Assembly (NCBI GenBank): GCA_021798115.1
Contig: JAJZYM010000002.1
Location: forward strand, 14,872-78,871
Source: Pseudomonadota bacterium
GTDB lineage: Bacteria; Pseudomonadota; Gammaproteobacteria; JAKAQQ01
Length of the DNA: 64,000 bases
Direction: 5' to 3'
In this document: one piece after another, positions 8,928-20,900 of the stretch
Layout: each line of letters begins with the position of its first letter
Numbering within the stretch: position 1 is the stretch's first letter
Notes under the pieces: model-generated
The model's input: only the letters and a program-made list of their open reading frames with translations
Databases searched by the model: none
Told to the model about the DNA's origin: nothing
Made by a program: the position numbers and the translations under genes

Positions 8928-11900
8928 GCGTGTACGTTCCCCTCGACGTGCACAGCGAGTATTCGCTTCGTGACAGCATCATCCGTCTCGACCGGCTCGT
9001 CGAAACGGCCCTCGCGTGCGGGATCCCCGCCGTGGGCCTCGCCGACGACGGGAACATGTTCGCCGCCGTGAAGTTCGTCCGCGCGGCCGAGGCCCGGGGT
9101 CTCAAGCCGCTCCTCGGGGTCGACCTCGCGCTCGTCGAGGAGACAGACGGGCGTCGTGACGAGACGGCCGATCCGCCCCGGGTGCTCCTCTACGCTCAAG
9201 ATCTCGAGGGCTACCGGCGCCTGTGTGCGCTTCTCAGCCGGCGCTACGCCTTGGGCCCGTCCACCGCGGGCGTTCCCGTCGCTTGGCTCGAGGAGTCCGG
9301 GGAGGGGCTCATCGCCGTCCTCGGGCGCGGGAGCGACATCGGTCACGACCTCGCGCATGCGCGCGAGAAAGAGGCCGAAGAGCGCCTCGAACGCTGGCTG
9401 CGTTGTTTCCCCGATCGTCTCTACCTCGGGGTGACGCGTCTTCCCCGTTCCCTCGAAGGGGTGCACCTTCAGGCCACGGTCGATCTCGCCGCCCGCCGCG
9501 GCCTTCCGCTCGTCGCGCTGAACGAGGTCCGCTTTCTCCACGCGGACGACTACGAGGCCCACGAGGCGCGGGTCTCGATCCAGGAGGGACGCACGCTCGA
9601 CGACCCGCGCCGCCGACGCCGGTTCGTCGAGCAGCAGTACCTCCGCCGCCCGGAGGAGATGGCGGCGCTCTTCCACGATCTTCCCGAAGCGCTCGAGAAC
9701 ACGGTCGAACTGGCGCGCCGGATCAACTTTGCGCCCGCTCTGGGAGGGATTCACCTCCCGTCCTACCCGCTCACGGAGGGCGAGGACGCGGAGGCGGCGC
9801 TCCGCCGGCGGGCGCGCGAGGGCCTCGCCCGCCGGCTCGCGAGCACCCGCCCGTCGGGCGACGCCCGCCGCTACGAGGAGCGGCTCGAGGAGGAACTCGG
9901 GGTCATCGCCCAGATGACTTTCTCGGGCTATTTCCTCATCGTGGCCGACTTCACTTCATGGGCCCGCACCCACGGGGTTCCCGTCGGGCCGGGGCGCGGT
10001 TCGGGGGCGGGGTCGCTCGTCGCCTACGCGCTCGAAATCACCGATCTCGATCCGTTGGTCCACGACCTTCTCTTTGAGCGGTTTCTCAACCCCGAGCGGG
10101 TCTCGATGCCCGACTTCGATATCGATTTCTGCGTCGACGGCCGCGATCGGGTCATCGCCTACGTGGTCGAACGCTACGGGACCGACAAGGTCGCGCAGAT
10201 CGCGACGTTCGGGACGATGGCGGCCCGCGCCGTCGTTCGCGACGTCACGCGCACGCTCGGTCTGCCCTACGGTCTTGGCGACCGGGTAGCCAAGCTCGTC
10301 CCCTTCGAACTCGAGATGACCCTCGAGAAGGCGCTCGAGAAGGAACCCGAGCTGCGTCGACTCCGCGACGAGGACGAGCAGGTTCGGAACATCCTCGATC
10401 TCGGCGCCCGCCTCGAGGGTCTCGTGCGCAGCGTCGGCCGGCACGCCGGCGGCGTCGTCATCGCCCCCACATGCCTGACGGACTTCGTCCCCCTCTACGG
10501 TGTCGACGAGGAGGGGCTCGTCACCCAGTTCGACAAGGACGACCTCGAAGCGGTGGGACTCGTCAAGTTCGATTTTCTCGGGCTCCGCACCCTCACCATC
10601 ATCGAGCGGGCCTTCGCGACGATCAACGCCGAGCGCCGCGCCCGGGGTGAGCCGCCCTGTGCGGCCTCCGACATTCCCCTCGATGATCCCGCGACCTACG
10701 CGCTTCTCAACCGGCTCGAGACCACCGCCGTCTTCCAGCTCGAATCCTCCGGCATGCGCGATCTCATTCGCCGTCTCGGACCGGACCGCTTCGACGACGT
10801 GGTGGCGCTCGTCGCCCTCTTCCGGCCCGGGCCGCTCCAGTCGGGCATGGTCGACGAGTTCATCGAGCGCAAGAAAGGCAAGCGCAGCGTGCGCTATCCG
10901 CACCCGGCGCTCGCCCCCATCCTGCGTCCGACCTACGGTGTCATCGTCTACCAGGAGCAGGTCATGGAGATCGCCCGCGTTCTCGCCGGCTACAGCCTGG
11001 GCCAGGCCGATCTTCTGCGCCGGGCGATGGGCAAGAAAAAACCCGAGGAAATGGCCAAGGAACGCACGCGCTTCATGGCCGGGGCCCTCGAGAAAAAGGT
11101 CCCCCACGCCGTCGCCGAGGAAATCTTCGACGTGATGGAGAAGTTCGCGGGCTACGGCTTCAACAAGTCGCATTCGGTGGCCTACGCGCTCCTCGCCTAC
11201 CAGACGGCGTGGCTCAAGGCGCACCATCCGGCTGCGTTCATGGCCGCTGTTCTCACCTGCGAAATGGGCCACACGGACAAGCTGCCGCCGCTCGTCGCCG
11301 ACGTCCGCGCCCAGGGGCTCGAACTGAGGCCGCCCGACGTGACCCGCTCCGACTATGGTTTTCTCGTCGAGGACGGAGCTCTGCGTTACGGTCTCGGGGC
11401 GATCAAGGGGCTCGGGCGTGCGGCCGTCGAGGCCCTTCTCGAACAGCGTGCGGCGCACCCCTTCGGGTCGTTCGACGATTTCGTCCGCCGTCTTCTCGGG
11501 CGGCTCAACCGCCGCACCCTCGAGATCCTGGTGAAATCCGGGGCCTGCGACGCCTTCGGCGCAAGCCGGGCGGAGCTTCTCGCTTGGCTCGAAGTGCTCG
11601 CGCAGGGCGATGCGACGCGCATTGCCGAGGGTCAGGGCGATCTCTTCGCCGCCGCCGGTGGAGGCGGCGTCGCGCCTCTCCCGCGCCCTCCCGCCGCACG
11701 TCCGTGGAGCCAGCGCGAGCGGCTCGAGCACGAAAAAGAAGTCCTCGGGCTCTACCTGAGCGGGCATCCGCTGGATGAGGTGCGCGACGATCTCCTCGTG
11801 TTCGGCGCCCGCCGTCTCTCCTCCGTGCCGGAGGGGCGTCCGGGGGAGCAGATGCCCTTCGTGATGGGCGGCCTGGTCGAACGGGTCCGCCGCCGCCAGG

Positions 11901-12412
11901 GCCGGGTGTTCCTCGAGATCGACGAGGGCGAACGGGTGGTGGACGTCCTCGTCCAGGACAACGCGCTGATCGAGCCTCCCGGCGACCCCCCGGTCGGAAG
12001 CGTCGTTCTTCTCGAGGGACAACTGCAGTACAGCGCTTTCCTCAACGGTTGGAGGTTCTGGGCGACGCGCATCCGGAGCCTCGACGTCGTGCGGGCGGCC
12101 TCCGCCCGGCGGATCGTTCTCACCTGGCACGTGGGGCCCAAAGGTGACGCGGGCGGGCGCCTCGCGCGTCTTCGCGCCTATCTCGAGGGCGCGCCCCGCG
12201 GGCGGACCGCGATCAGTCTCGAGATCGTCGGGTCCCGGGCCGCGGGGCTCGTCGATCTTCCGGACACGCGCTTCTCCGTCGCCGCGAGCACCGAGGTGTT
12301 GCGCACGCTCGAGGAACTGTCCGACGGGGCACCCCTTCGGATCCACTACGATCCGCCGACGAAGAACGGGACGCCCGTGAACGGTGCGCCGTCCGGGGCG
12401 GCCTCCGGATGA
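8924..12412 (+). CDS. dnaE: DNA polymerase III alpha subunit DnaE
   Basis: About 1162 aa. It has a PHP domain ([12 protein letters not shown]), a polymerase core ([19 protein letters not shown]) and an OB fold. GTG at 8924 overlaps the rnhB stop (GTGA). Confidence 0.9.
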   Translation: MSVYVPLDVHSEYSLRDSIIRLDRLVETALACGIPAVGLADDGNMFAAVKFVRAAEARGLKPLLGVDLALVEETDGRRDETADPPRVLLYAQDLEGYRRLCALLSRRYALGPSTAGVPVAWLEESGEGLIAVLGRGSDIGHDLAHAREKEAEERLERWLRCFPDRLYLGVTRLPRSLEGVHLQATVDLAARRGLPLVALNEVRFLHADDYEAHEARVSIQEGRTLDDPRRRRRFVEQQYLRRPEEMAALFHDLPEALENTVELARRINFAPALGGIHLPSYPLTEGEDAEAALRRRAREGLARRLASTRPSGDARRYEERLEEELGVIAQMTFSGYFLIVADFTSWARTHGVPVGPGRGSGAGSLVAYALEITDLDPLVHDLLFERFLNPERVSMPDFDIDFCVDGRDRVIAYVVERYGTDKVAQIATFGTMAARAVVRDVTRTLGLPYGLGDRVAKLVPFELEMTLEKALEKEPELRRLRDEDEQVRNILDLGARLEGLVRSVGRHAGGVVIAPTCLTDFVPLYGVDEEGLVTQFDKDDLEAVGLVKFDFLGLRTLTIIERAFATINAERRARGEPPCAASDIPLDDPATYALLNRLETTAVFQLESSGMRDLIRRLGPDRFDDVVALVALFRPGPLQSGMVDEFIERKKGKRSVRYPHPALAPILRPTYGVIVYQEQVMEIARVLAGYSLGQADLLRRAMGKKKPEEMAKERTRFMAGALEKKVPHAVAEEIFDVMEKFAGYGFNKSHSVAYALLAYQTAWLKAHHPAAFMAAVLTCEMGHTDKLPPLVADVRAQGLELRPPDVTRSDYGFLVEDGALRYGLGAIKGLGRAAVEALLEQRAAHPFGSFDDFVRRLLGRLNRRTLEILVKSGACDAFGASRAELLAWLEVLAQGDATRIAEGQGDLFAAAGGGGVAPLPRPPAARPWSQRERLEHEKEVLGLYLSGHPLDEVRDDLLVFGARRLSSVPEGRPGEQMPFVMGGLVERVRRRQGRVFLEIDEGERVVDVLVQDNALIEPPGDPPVGSVVLLEGQLQYSAFLNGWRFWATRIRSLDVVRAASARRIVLTWHVGPKGDAGGRLARLRAYLEGAPRGRTAISLEIVGSRAAGLVDLPDTRFSVAASTEVLRTLEELSDGAPLRIHYDPPTKNGTPVNGAPSGAASG

Positions 12413-12461
12413 GGGACGGAGCTCGGCTACAATGCCCGGATCAGCGCGGACGGAAGGAGCG

Positions 12462-13427
12462 ATGAGCGAGCGGCGACTCCAGTTTCTTGGGTTCGAACAG
12501 CCCATCGCCGAAGCCGAGGCGGGGCGCGAGCGGCTTCTCGCGGCGGCGGACGGCGGGGAGGAGAAAGCGCGCGAGCTCGCCCGGCTCGACGAGCGGATTG
12601 AGAGCCTCACGCGCTCGATCTACGCCGATCTCGATCCCTGGCGCATCACCCAGGTCTCGCGTCATCCGCAGCGGCCCTACACGCTCGATTACATCGAGCG
12701 GCTCATGACCGACTTCGAGCCTCTCGCCGGGGACCGCTCGACCGCCGATGATCCGGCGCTCGTGGGCGGGCTCGCCCGCTTCCACGGGCGCTCCCTCGTC
12801 GTCCTCGGCCACCAGAAGGGTCGGGACACGAAAGAGAAGATCGCCCGCAACTTCGGCATGCCAAAGCCCGAGGGCTATCGCAAAGCGCTACGCCTCATGC
12901 AGCTCGCCGAACGTTTCCGTCTTCCCGTCGTCACATTCATCGACACCCCGGGCGCATACCCGGGCGTCGAGGCCGAGGAACGCAACCAGAGCGAGGCGAT
13001 CGCGCGCAACCTCGCCGTCATGTCGCAGCTCGCCGTCCCGATCGTCTCCTTCGTCATCGGCGAGGGCGGTTCGGGAGGGGCGCTCGCGATCGGCGTCGCC
13101 GACCGCCTGGTCATGCTCCAGTACAGCATCTATTCGGTCATTTCGCCCGAGGGTTGCGCCTCGATCCTGTGGAAATCGGCGGAATACGCCGCGACGGCCG
13201 CCGCGGCCCTGGGGCTCACCGCCGAGCGCCTGCATGAACTCGGACTCGTCGACCGGGTGATCGAGGAGCCCCTCGGCGGGGCGCACCGCGCGCCGGAGGA
13301 AGCCGCCCGCCGCATCGGGGATGTCCTGGGCGAAGAACTCGAAGCTCTCCTCGCTCTTCCGACCGAGCGCCTCCTCGCCGCGCGTTACGAGAAGATCATG
13401 CGCTACGGCGTCTACACGAGCGGTTGA
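12462..13427 (+). CDS. accA: acetyl-CoA carboxylase carboxyltransferase alpha subunit
   Basis: The sequence starts [19 protein letters not shown] and carries the GGSGGALA oxyanion motif. A GGAAGGAG Shine-Dalgarno precedes the ATG. Confidence 0.9.
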   Translation: MSERRLQFLGFEQPIAEAEAGRERLLAAADGGEEKARELARLDERIESLTRSIYADLDPWRITQVSRHPQRPYTLDYIERLMTDFEPLAGDRSTADDPALVGGLARFHGRSLVVLGHQKGRDTKEKIARNFGMPKPEGYRKALRLMQLAERFRLPVVTFIDTPGAYPGVEAEERNQSEAIARNLAVMSQLAVPIVSFVIGEGGSGGALAIGVADRLVMLQYSIYSVISPEGCASILWKSAEYAATAAAALGLTAERLHELGLVDRVIEEPLGGAHRAPEEAARRIGDVLGEELEALLALPTERLLAARYEKIMRYGVYTSG

Positions 13428-14808
13428 GACGACGGACGGGAAGCGGGGCCGTCTCGTCGATCTGGGCGTCGAGCGCTTCCGCCGGGCGCTCGTCGCGGCG
13501 GAGGGCCGTCCCCTCCGGGCGGCCGTCTCCGGCGGGCGCGATTCGCTCGTCCTTCTCGATCTTGTCCTTCACCTGGTGCACCCGAAGGATCGCTCTCTGG
13601 CGGTTCTGCACTTCCACCATGGGAGCGGCGAGCACGCGGATCGGGCGCTCGCGGCTGTCACCGCCCTCTGCCGGGAGCACAGCCTGGCCCTCGAGGTGGG
13701 GCGTTTCGCCGAGGATCAGGCCCCCCGCACGGGCGGGATCGAAGCGCGCTGGCGGGCCGCCCGCTACGCCTGGTTCGCTGCGTGTCTCGATCCAGAGGGG
13801 GTTCTCCTGACCGCCCACCACGCCGACGATCGTCTCGAGAGTCTCGTGCTCTCCCTCCTCCGCGGCGGGGGAGGAGACGGCTGGACGGCGATGGGTCGCA
13901 CGGGGGTGATGAGGCCTTTTGCTTCGGGTTATCTTTTGCGTCCCCTTCTCGACTGGAGACGCGCCGAGATCGAAGCCTACGCGCGGGCGCGCAAGCTTCC
14001 GTGGGTCGAGGATCCCGGCAACAGCGATGAGACTCGGGCGCGTGTCTTTGTCCGTCGCCGTGTGGTCGGGCCGCTCGCCAGACGCTGGCCGTCGGCGGCG
14101 AGGACGGCCGCCCGGGGTCTCGATGCCCTGGCCGAAGACGAGGAGAGACTCCGGCGGATCACCGCCGAGAAGTACGCCGAGGTGGTGCATAGCCACGTTC
14201 TCGAGGTGACGAAGATCCGGGCATGCCCCCCGTCCGAGCGGCGTGCACTTCTCCGCCTCTGGCTCGTGCAGCACGGCGGGGCGAAACTTCCTCGTCCGCG
14301 CTTTGCGCTTCTCGAGGAGGCGTGCAGCGGGGACGGGGCGAGGGCGCTCGAGGTGCGTGGGGAGGAGGGCCGGTGTTACGCACTCTTCGCCGGTGGACTC
14401 TACGCTCTTCTCCCGCTTCCCGCCGTTCCTCCGGCGGATTGGGAAGGAATTGCGGACGAGCGTGGAGTCGTGATGCTGCCCTCGGGCTATGGGAAGCTTT
14501 TCCTCCGCGGGGGCGAGGGGGGACATGTCCGCTTCCGCCGGGGTGGGGAGTGTCTCGCCTGGGGGCGCGAGGGGACGCGTCTTCAGGAGTTTCTCCGCCG
14601 CCGCCGTGTGCCACCCTGGTTGCGTTCGCGTCTTCCCCTGGTTCTTGTCGAGGGGAGAATCCGTGCCGTCGCCCCCCGGTGGGTTGAAGAGAGCTGGCGG
14701 GCCCGAGGTGGAGGCGTCGTCTGGATTCCGGATTCGGTGGGACTGATCCAGGCGCTTCAGGATGTCGAGGAGCGGAAGAACCCTTCCGCGACAGGATCCC
14801 CTTCTTGA
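13321..14808 (+). CDS. tilS: tRNA(Ile)-lysidine synthetase TilS
   Basis: PP-loop SGGRDS motif. The only in-frame ATG/GTG/TTG is ATG 13321, which overlaps accA by 107 nt. If a non-canonical start near 13423-13459 is used the product is about 450-460 aa. Confidence 0.7.
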   Translation: MSWAKNSKLSSLFRPSASSPRVTRRSCATASTRAVETTDGKRGRLVDLGVERFRRALVAAEGRPLRAAVSGGRDSLVLLDLVLHLVHPKDRSLAVLHFHHGSGEHADRALAAVTALCREHSLALEVGRFAEDQAPRTGGIEARWRAARYAWFAACLDPEGVLLTAHHADDRLESLVLSLLRGGGGDGWTAMGRTGVMRPFASGYLLRPLLDWRRAEIEAYARARKLPWVEDPGNSDETRARVFVRRRVVGPLARRWPSAARTAARGLDALAEDEERLRRITAEKYAEVVHSHVLEVTKIRACPPSERRALLRLWLVQHGGAKLPRPRFALLEEACSGDGARALEVRGEEGRCYALFAGGLYALLPLPAVPPADWEGIADERGVVMLPSGYGKLFLRGGEGGHVRFRRGGECLAWGREGTRLQEFLRRRRVPPWLRSRLPLVLVEGRIRAVAPRWVEESWRARGGGVVWIPDSVGLIQALQDVEERKNPSATGSPS

Positions 14809-14913
14809 GGGTCGTCGCCTCGTTTTCGCCTGTCGTCCATCTCCCTGAACGGGGCTTTTGAGGCCCGGCCCGGGTGCCGGGCGGTCACCCGGGCCCCTCG
14901 ATTCGGTGGGGAG

Positions 14914-14942
14914 TTGACCCGCGCGTCCCTCTGAGGCACAAT
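14914..14942 (+). promoter_or_regulatory. putative sigma70 promoter for infA
   Basis: TTGACC, a 17-nt spacer, then CACAAT, about 35 nt upstream of the infA ATG. This rests only on sequence pattern. Confidence 0.3.
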
Positions 14943-14974
14943 AGCCGCGCCCTGCCTGTGCCCTGACGAGTGCC

Positions 14975-15193
14975 ATGCCGAAAGAAGAGAGTCTGCAGAT
15001 GGAGGGGACGGTCGTCGAGACCCTCCCCAACACCAGTTTCCGTGTGCGGCTCGACAACGGGCACGTGGTGCTCGCGCACATCTCCGGCAAGATGCGCAAG
15101 AACTACATCCGTATCCTCACGGGCGACAAGGTCACGGTGGAACTCACGCCCTACGATCTCACGAAGGGGCGGATCATTTACCGCAATCGCTGA
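14975..15193 (+). CDS. infA: translation initiation factor IF-1
   Basis: 72 aa, [72 protein letters not shown]. This is near-identical in pattern to E. coli InfA. Confidence 0.95.
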   Translation: MPKEESLQMEGTVVETLPNTSFRVRLDNGHVVLAHISGKMRKNYIRILTGDKVTVELTPYDLTKGRIIYRNR

Positions 15194-16188
15194 TCGGCGC
15201 GCGGCTCCTCCTCGCGGGCGAGCCAGCCTGCGAGCGCGCGGGGCTCGACGTTTCCGCCGCTCAGGAGAAGACCGATCGTGCGCCCGCGTCGCTCCGCTTC
15301 GGGAAGCGCCAGAAGCGCGGCCACGACCGTGGCCGACGAAGGCTCGATGACCGCGTGCGTCTCGCGCACGAAAAGGCGGAGAGCGCTGATCGTCTCCTCA
15401 TCCGTCACCGTGAGGACGTCGTCCACCGCACGGCGGATGATCGCGAACGGGAGCACCCCCACGAGCGCCCGAAGGCCGTCCGCGATCGTCTCGGGTTGAT
15501 GCCGCGTGAGGCGGTTTCCTGTCATCAAGGACTCCCGGGTGTCGGCCGCCCCGGCGGGTTCGACGCCGAGAAGGCGTGCTTCGGGACGGCGGGCGCGGAG
15601 CACGAGTGCGCTGCCGGCGATGAGACCCCCGCCGCCCACGGGGACGAGGAGCGTGTCGAGATCGGGCGCCTGGTCGAGGAATTCGTCGCAGGCGGTTCCC
15701 TGTCCGGCGATGACGCGCCGGTCGTCGTAAGGGGGGATGGCCATCAAGCCCTCGGTGGCCACGAGGCGTGCGAGCGTGGCTTCGCGCGCTTCCTGCGTGG
15801 GGGCGCAGGGGACGATGCGCGCACCTTCCTCTTCGAGGAGACGGATCTTGGCGGGACTCGATCCCTCGGGGAGAGCGACCGTGACCGACACGCCGAGACG
15901 CCGGCCGGCGTAGGCGAGGGCTGCGCCGTGGTTGCCGGAACTGTGGGTGACGACGCCGCGGCGGCGCTCTTCTTCGCTGAGGCCGAGGAGGGCGTTCGTG
16001 GCCCCGCGGATCTTGAAGGCCCCGGTCGGTTGGAACTGTTCGCACTTGAGGAGGATGCGGCAGTCGAGCCGTTCTCCGAGCCGCGTCCACGAGAGGACGG
16101 GGGTGGGAGGGATGAGGCCGGCGAGGCGTTCCCGGGCGGCGCGCACGTCTTCGTAGGACGGGAGTTCGGCGAGGGGGGCGGAGGCCAT
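15178..16188 (-). CDS. PLP-dependent threonine/serine dehydratase, catabolic type with no ACT domain (TdcB / serine-racemase-like)
   Basis: [14 protein letters not shown]-lysine motif and a GGGGL glycine loop, about 336 aa. It is the C-terminal part of the long minus-strand ORF 15178..17487. ATG at 16188 overlaps the dinB stop by 1 nt. The 3' end overlaps the infA 3' end convergently by 16 nt. Confidence 0.75.
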   Translation of the reverse strand: MASAPLAELPSYEDVRAARERLAGLIPPTPVLSWTRLGERLDCRILLKCEQFQPTGAFKIRGATNALLGLSEEERRRGVVTHSSGNHGAALAYAGRRLGVSVTVALPEGSSPAKIRLLEEEGARIVPCAPTQEAREATLARLVATEGLMAIPPYDDRRVIAGQGTACDEFLDQAPDLDTLLVPVGGGGLIAGSALVLRARRPEARLLGVEPAGAADTRESLMTGNRLTRHQPETIADGLRALVGVLPFAIIRRAVDDVLTVTDEETISALRLFVRETHAVIEPSSATVVAALLALPEAERRGRTIGLLLSGGNVEPRALAGWLAREEEPRADQRLR

Positions 16189-17429
16189 CACACGCTCCTG
16201 TGCACACCGTGCGGCCGCCAGGCCGGGGCGATCACATCGGGGGAAGGGCTCCGTTCGAGGAGCGCGGCCGGGTGGACCGACCAGGGGCCGAAACGGTGGT
16301 TGATGGCGTCGACCGCGGCGTTGAGACGCGCCCGGCGGGGATCGGGGGCGTTCCAGAGATCCGCTTGCCGCCCGCACGCGCGGGGGTCGAGGGCGAGGAC
16401 GTGGATGCGGTCGACCCCCTGGCCGGTCCAGACGTCGTTCAGGAACCGGGGGACGTAGGGACGGAGCACCGAGGCGTCGTTCGTGGCCACGGCCAGGCGG
16501 TGGACGGCCTCGCAGGTTGTTGTGCGGCTGTAAGTGGCGAAGCGGAAATTCTGGGCCTCGAGGTCGTGGGCGCGCAGGCGGGCGGCGAGTTTCTCGATCA
16601 TGTGGAGGAAATAGACCGTGAGGAGTTCGCGCTCGGTGGTCCCCGGGGGCGTGACTTTGCCGTGGCCGAGGGTGCGGGGAGGGCGCGGATCGCTCGGCTG
16701 GACGGGGTCGGGATCGGCGCCCTGGGCCATGAGCCAGTAGCGAAGACCCGGGGGGCCGAAGCGGCGGGTGAGTACGCTCGGAGGGAGTCGGGCCATCTCC
16801 CCGCAGGTGTGCACACCGCGGGCGGCCAGAAACGATCCGATCCCGTTCTTGATCCCGCAGAGTTCGGTGACGGGCACCGGACTCAGGCGGGTGCGGGCTT
16901 CCCACGGGGGGATCACGACGAACCCCCGGGGTTTTTTGAGCTTGGCCGCGTACTTGGCCGTCGTCTTGTCGCCCGAGAGGCCGACGCTGCAGGGAAGTCC
17001 CGTCTCGTGCAGGATGAGATCCTGGGCGCGACGGGCGAGCCCCACCGGGGAGCCGAGTTCCTGGCAGTGGGTGAGATCGAGAAAGGCTTCGTCGACCGAG
17101 AAGACCTCGAGATCCGGGGTGATCGTCGTGAGGAGATCCATGATCCGCGTCGAGATCTCGGCGTAGCGTTGCGGGCGGGCCGAACGCTGCACGAGGTCGG
17201 GGCAAAGCCCGCGGGCTTCGCGCAGGCGCATGCCGGTGTGTACGCCGAAGCGGCGGGCCTCGTAGGAGCAGGTGATGATGCAGGTGCCGAGCGCGCCGTT
17301 CGTGACCGCCACGGGCCGGTCGCGGAGTTCCGGAAAGTCGAGCTGCTCGATGCTGGCGAAGAACGCGTTCATGTCGACGAGCGCGACGGCGCGCGGCCAG
17401 CGGATACGAAAACGCCAGGAATCGTTCAC
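16188..17429 (-). CDS. dinB: DNA polymerase IV (Y-family) DinB
   Basis: ...AVALVDMNAFFASIEQ... (the catalytic DMxxFFA motif) and ...SVDEAFLDLT.... GTG at 17429 is preceded by GAGGAG. Confidence 0.8.
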   Translation of the reverse strand: MNDSWRFRIRWPRAVALVDMNAFFASIEQLDFPELRDRPVAVTNGALGTCIITCSYEARRFGVHTGMRLREARGLCPDLVQRSARPQRYAEISTRIMDLLTTITPDLEVFSVDEAFLDLTHCQELGSPVGLARRAQDLILHETGLPCSVGLSGDKTTAKYAAKLKKPRGFVVIPPWEARTRLSPVPVTELCGIKNGIGSFLAARGVHTCGEMARLPPSVLTRRFGPPGLRYWLMAQGADPDPVQPSDPRPPRTLGHGKVTPPGTTERELLTVYFLHMIEKLAARLRAHDLEAQNFRFATYSRTTTCEAVHRLAVATNDASVLRPYVPRFLNDVWTGQGVDRIHVLALDPRACGRQADLWNAPDPRRARLNAAVDAINHRFGPWSVHPAALLERSPSPDVIAPAWRPHGVHRSV

Positions 17430-17588
17430 GCTGCTCCTCAACGACTCCAGGTGGCGGCGGGACGGAACGGGGGAAGGAGTGTAGCACGCGGACCTGGGCT
17501 CCGGGCCGACCCTCGAGAGGTCCGGATCAACTCCTCTGGCCGTGGTTCCCAAGACCTCATGCGAGAGAGGGGTGAGAAAGTGAGAGGG

Positions 17589-17699
17589 ATGATAGTAAAT
17601 CGAGAAATAATATTTATTATGTTAATATTATTGATAATAATATCTCTTTATGCTCTTGGCCGTGATGATTATGGCCGGTGTGGACTGAGAGATGTTTGA
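17589..17699 (+). CDS. hypothetical 36-aa hydrophobic peptide inside an AT-rich islet (speculative)
   Basis: The ORF is ATG...TGA, MIVNREIIFIMLILLIIISLYALGRDDYGRCGLRDV. An AGAGGG Shine-Dalgarno-like run abuts the ATG. It lies in an 80-bp patch of about 20% GC in an otherwise 67% GC region. Confidence 0.15.
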   Translation: MIVNREIIFIMLILLIIISLYALGRDDYGRCGLRDV

Positions 17700-17955
17700 G
17701 AGCGCCTTTGCCCGGGCAGGGCGGGATAGCGCTGTCCTTTCTGTCCCCGTGGCGGGTAAGCCTCCCGACGTCTTGAGGGGCGGTCAAGGTGTTGCCGGGC
17801 ACCCCACAACAACACTGAATCCCCATCGATCGCTGCAAGACCTCTCGGCGTGAGCGCATGCGATCCGTGTCCGGAGGCTGTGATCGCGCGTTGCAATGAG
17901 GGGGAGCGGCGAGCGGCTCGATGCGTCCCTTCCTGTTCCGCCTTCCCGTACGCGG

Positions 17956-20900
17956 TCAACGCCGCTGAGGTAGAGCTCCGTAAAGGACGGGGGCGACCCA
18001 GAGAGTCATGAAGGTTGCGAGCAGAAGCCCTCCCATGACGGAGAGGGCGAGAGGTTGCAGAAGGTCCGTGCCGTGACCTACGCCCACCGCCAAAGGCAGA
18101 AAGCCAAAGACGTCGGCCAGCATGGTCATCAGGATGGGGCGGAGTCGTTCACGGGCCGCCAACACGACCGAAGAGGGACGAGGAGGGTGGCCCCCCAACT
18201 GTCGGGCACGCGCAAAGATCAGAATGACGTTGTTCACGGCCACGGCGAACACGAGAAGAACGCCGAGAAACGCCGTGCTGTCAAGATCCGTTCCGGTCAG
18301 CAGGAGGAGGAGCAACGCCCCGGGCGCGGCCAAGGCCACGGACAAGAGCGCGACGGCCGCCGCGCGTTGGCTGCCGAACTGCAGTCCCAGCAAGATGAGC
18401 AGAATCAACAAGGCCGCGGCCAGGATGACCAGCATGTGACGGAAACTGGTTTGCTGCTCGCGATAGTAACCCGCGATGCGGCTGGTGACGCCCGCGGGCA
18501 AATGGGTTCGGGCGATGATGGATTGTGCGCGCGCCGCAGCGACCGACAATCCCTCCCCGCTCCGCGGGCTCAGTTTGATTTCGGCGTCGGGGGCAAGGTT
18601 TTGATAAGTGACGTAAGGCACGACCCCCTGAAGATGCATCTCGGTGTTCAGGGACAAGGGTGCGCGCGTCCCGTCGGGAAGGGCGAGGAGGGTCCGGCCG
18701 AGATTTTGCGGGGTGACGTCGGGAGGATTGGTGACGTGGACGTCGATCGGGAGGATCTGCTCGCCGTGCAGCAAGAAGCCCGCGGTCTCGCCCCAGAAAC
18801 GGGCTTTCAAGCCGTCCGCAATCGCCTGCGGCGCGAATCCTTCCATGACCGCCTGGGCGTTGGGCTGGATTTGGATTTCCGGTCCGGTGGACGGCGCTTT
18901 GAGGACGATCGAATGGAAATCGTGACTCGCCTCGAGCTTCCGCGTCAGTCCGGCCGCCAGCGCCTGCAGTTCGCGGGAGCTCTTTCCGAACAGCTGGATC
19001 ACCAAGGGGGCATGGGAGCCGGACATGTTTCCCAGACGGTTGATCATGATCTGCTGGGTTTCGAGGGTCGTGAGGTCGGGGACGGCACGCCGAAAAAGAC
19101 GACGCAGGCTCTGCATCACCCGCTCCGTCGATTCGCTGTGCCGGCTCTTGAGCTGGACGGTCAAGGCCCCCTTGTTGGGGGTGGAGTAGGCGTTGCCCAA
19201 TCCCCGCCCGACGACGAGCGAGACGTGTTTCACCTCGGGGTCGTGCCGGGCGATCGCCATGAGTCGGCGACCGATGCGCAGGGTCTGTTTCGGGCCGCTT
19301 CCGGCCGGCGTACGAAAGGGAACGACGAACAGTCCTTCGTCCCAATGCGGGAGAAACGCGGTCGGCAGTTGCACGGCGGCCACGGCGGTGATCAGAAGAA
19401 GGACGACGAGCAAGGGGGCCACGAGCCATGGGCGGCGCACGCCGCCGATCAGCCAGCGCCCGTAACTCCGACGCAACCAGCGCTCGCCCCAAAGACGGTA
19501 GTGCCCCGGAGTGTGGCCGGCTACCCACAAGGCCAACACCGGGGTGATCGTCAAGGCGATGATTTGTGAGGTGACGAGAGCGATCACGATGGCGAGCGCC
19601 ATGCTGCGGAAGAGCAACCCCACCGTGCCGGACAGAAAGACGAGGGGGAGGAAGACGACGATGGCGGTGAGTGTGGCGAGCGTCATGAGTGTGAGGATGT
19701 GTCGGAGACGCTGGAGTGCTTGTTCCCGACGGGCTTCAACGCCTTCTTCGTCGAGGCCGTGGATGCCGCGCTCGACGATCACGATGGCGTGGTCCACCAA
19801 CGCGCCGACGGCTGCGGTGAGACCCCCCAAGGTCATGATGTCCACACCGAAACCCAAGGCGTGGAGCGTGAGCAGGGTGGCGCCCAGCGCCAGCGGCACC
19901 ACCGTCAAGGTCGAGAGTGCGGCGTCGAGGCGACCGAGAAAAAGCAGGATCACAAGGAAGGTGAGCGCGGTGCCCAACCCAAGAGCGGCCCAGACGTCGC
20001 TCAGGCTCGAGCGGATGAGACGGCTGAGGTCGTAGACCGACACGAGGTGCATGTGTGGCGGCAGATGGCGGGACAGACGTTGAAGTTCCCGCGTGACGGC
20101 GGCCGCAACGCGTGTCTGGTTGGTCCCCCGTTGCGCCGAGATGTCAAGGATGAGGGCGTGCGGCCATCCGGCTACGGCCGCCTCCCGGATGAGAGGCGGG
20201 GGGGCGATGCGGAGAGTCCCGAGCGCGCCGAGCGGGATCGGTGTCCGGAGGCCCCGTGCATCGGGCGGCCCGAGGGGCAGCTCAAGGCTAGCCAGAGCAC
20301 GAACGCTCCGCGGACGGGCGGTCGTCGCGATCAGGAATTGCTCGTGGTAGGCGTTCAGGACACCGGAAAAAAAAGGGCCCTGGTAGGCCCGAAGCGCCCT
20401 CACCACATCTGCGGCGCTCAGGTGATACTGAGCCAGCCGCCGCGCGTGGAGCATGACCCGGACTTCCGGCTCGCCGCGCCCGGTCGCGTGGACGTGGTAG
20501 ACCCCCGGGATCGACAAGAGCGCCGGTCGGATGGTGAAGGCGAACGTCGCCATCATCGCAGAGCTGTTCAGACGGCGGGAGACCAGCGCGGACTCCACCA
20601 GAGGGTAGATGTTCGGGGTCATCAACCTGACGCTCATGGCGGCGCCGGGCGGGAGCGGAACATGGGACAGTCGGGCCTGAAGGAGGAGATAGTCTTGTTC
20701 GGCCGAGGTTCCGTGGCGGAAATAGACGTGCAGCTTGCTCAACCCGTTGCCCGTCTGGGCGCGTACCAAGGTGACGCCGGGTTCGCCCTTCGCGATGTCC
20801 TCGAGGGGGCGCGTGACCGCGACCAACATGTAGCGGACCGGGAGATTCTCGGTGTGTACCAGGACGGCGACCTTGGGGAAATTGATCGGAGGAAAGACGC

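Noticed and set aside
15178-17487. 769-aa minus-strand ORF spanning the dehydratase and dinB
   Set aside because: Only the C-terminal 336 aa are the dehydratase. The upstream part is an out-of-frame read-through across dinB with Pro/Arg-rich nonsense, and the real dinB is in another frame.
17430-17600. LexA (SOS) box upstream of dinB
   Set aside because: No CTGT-N8-ACAG or similar palindrome is present on either strand.
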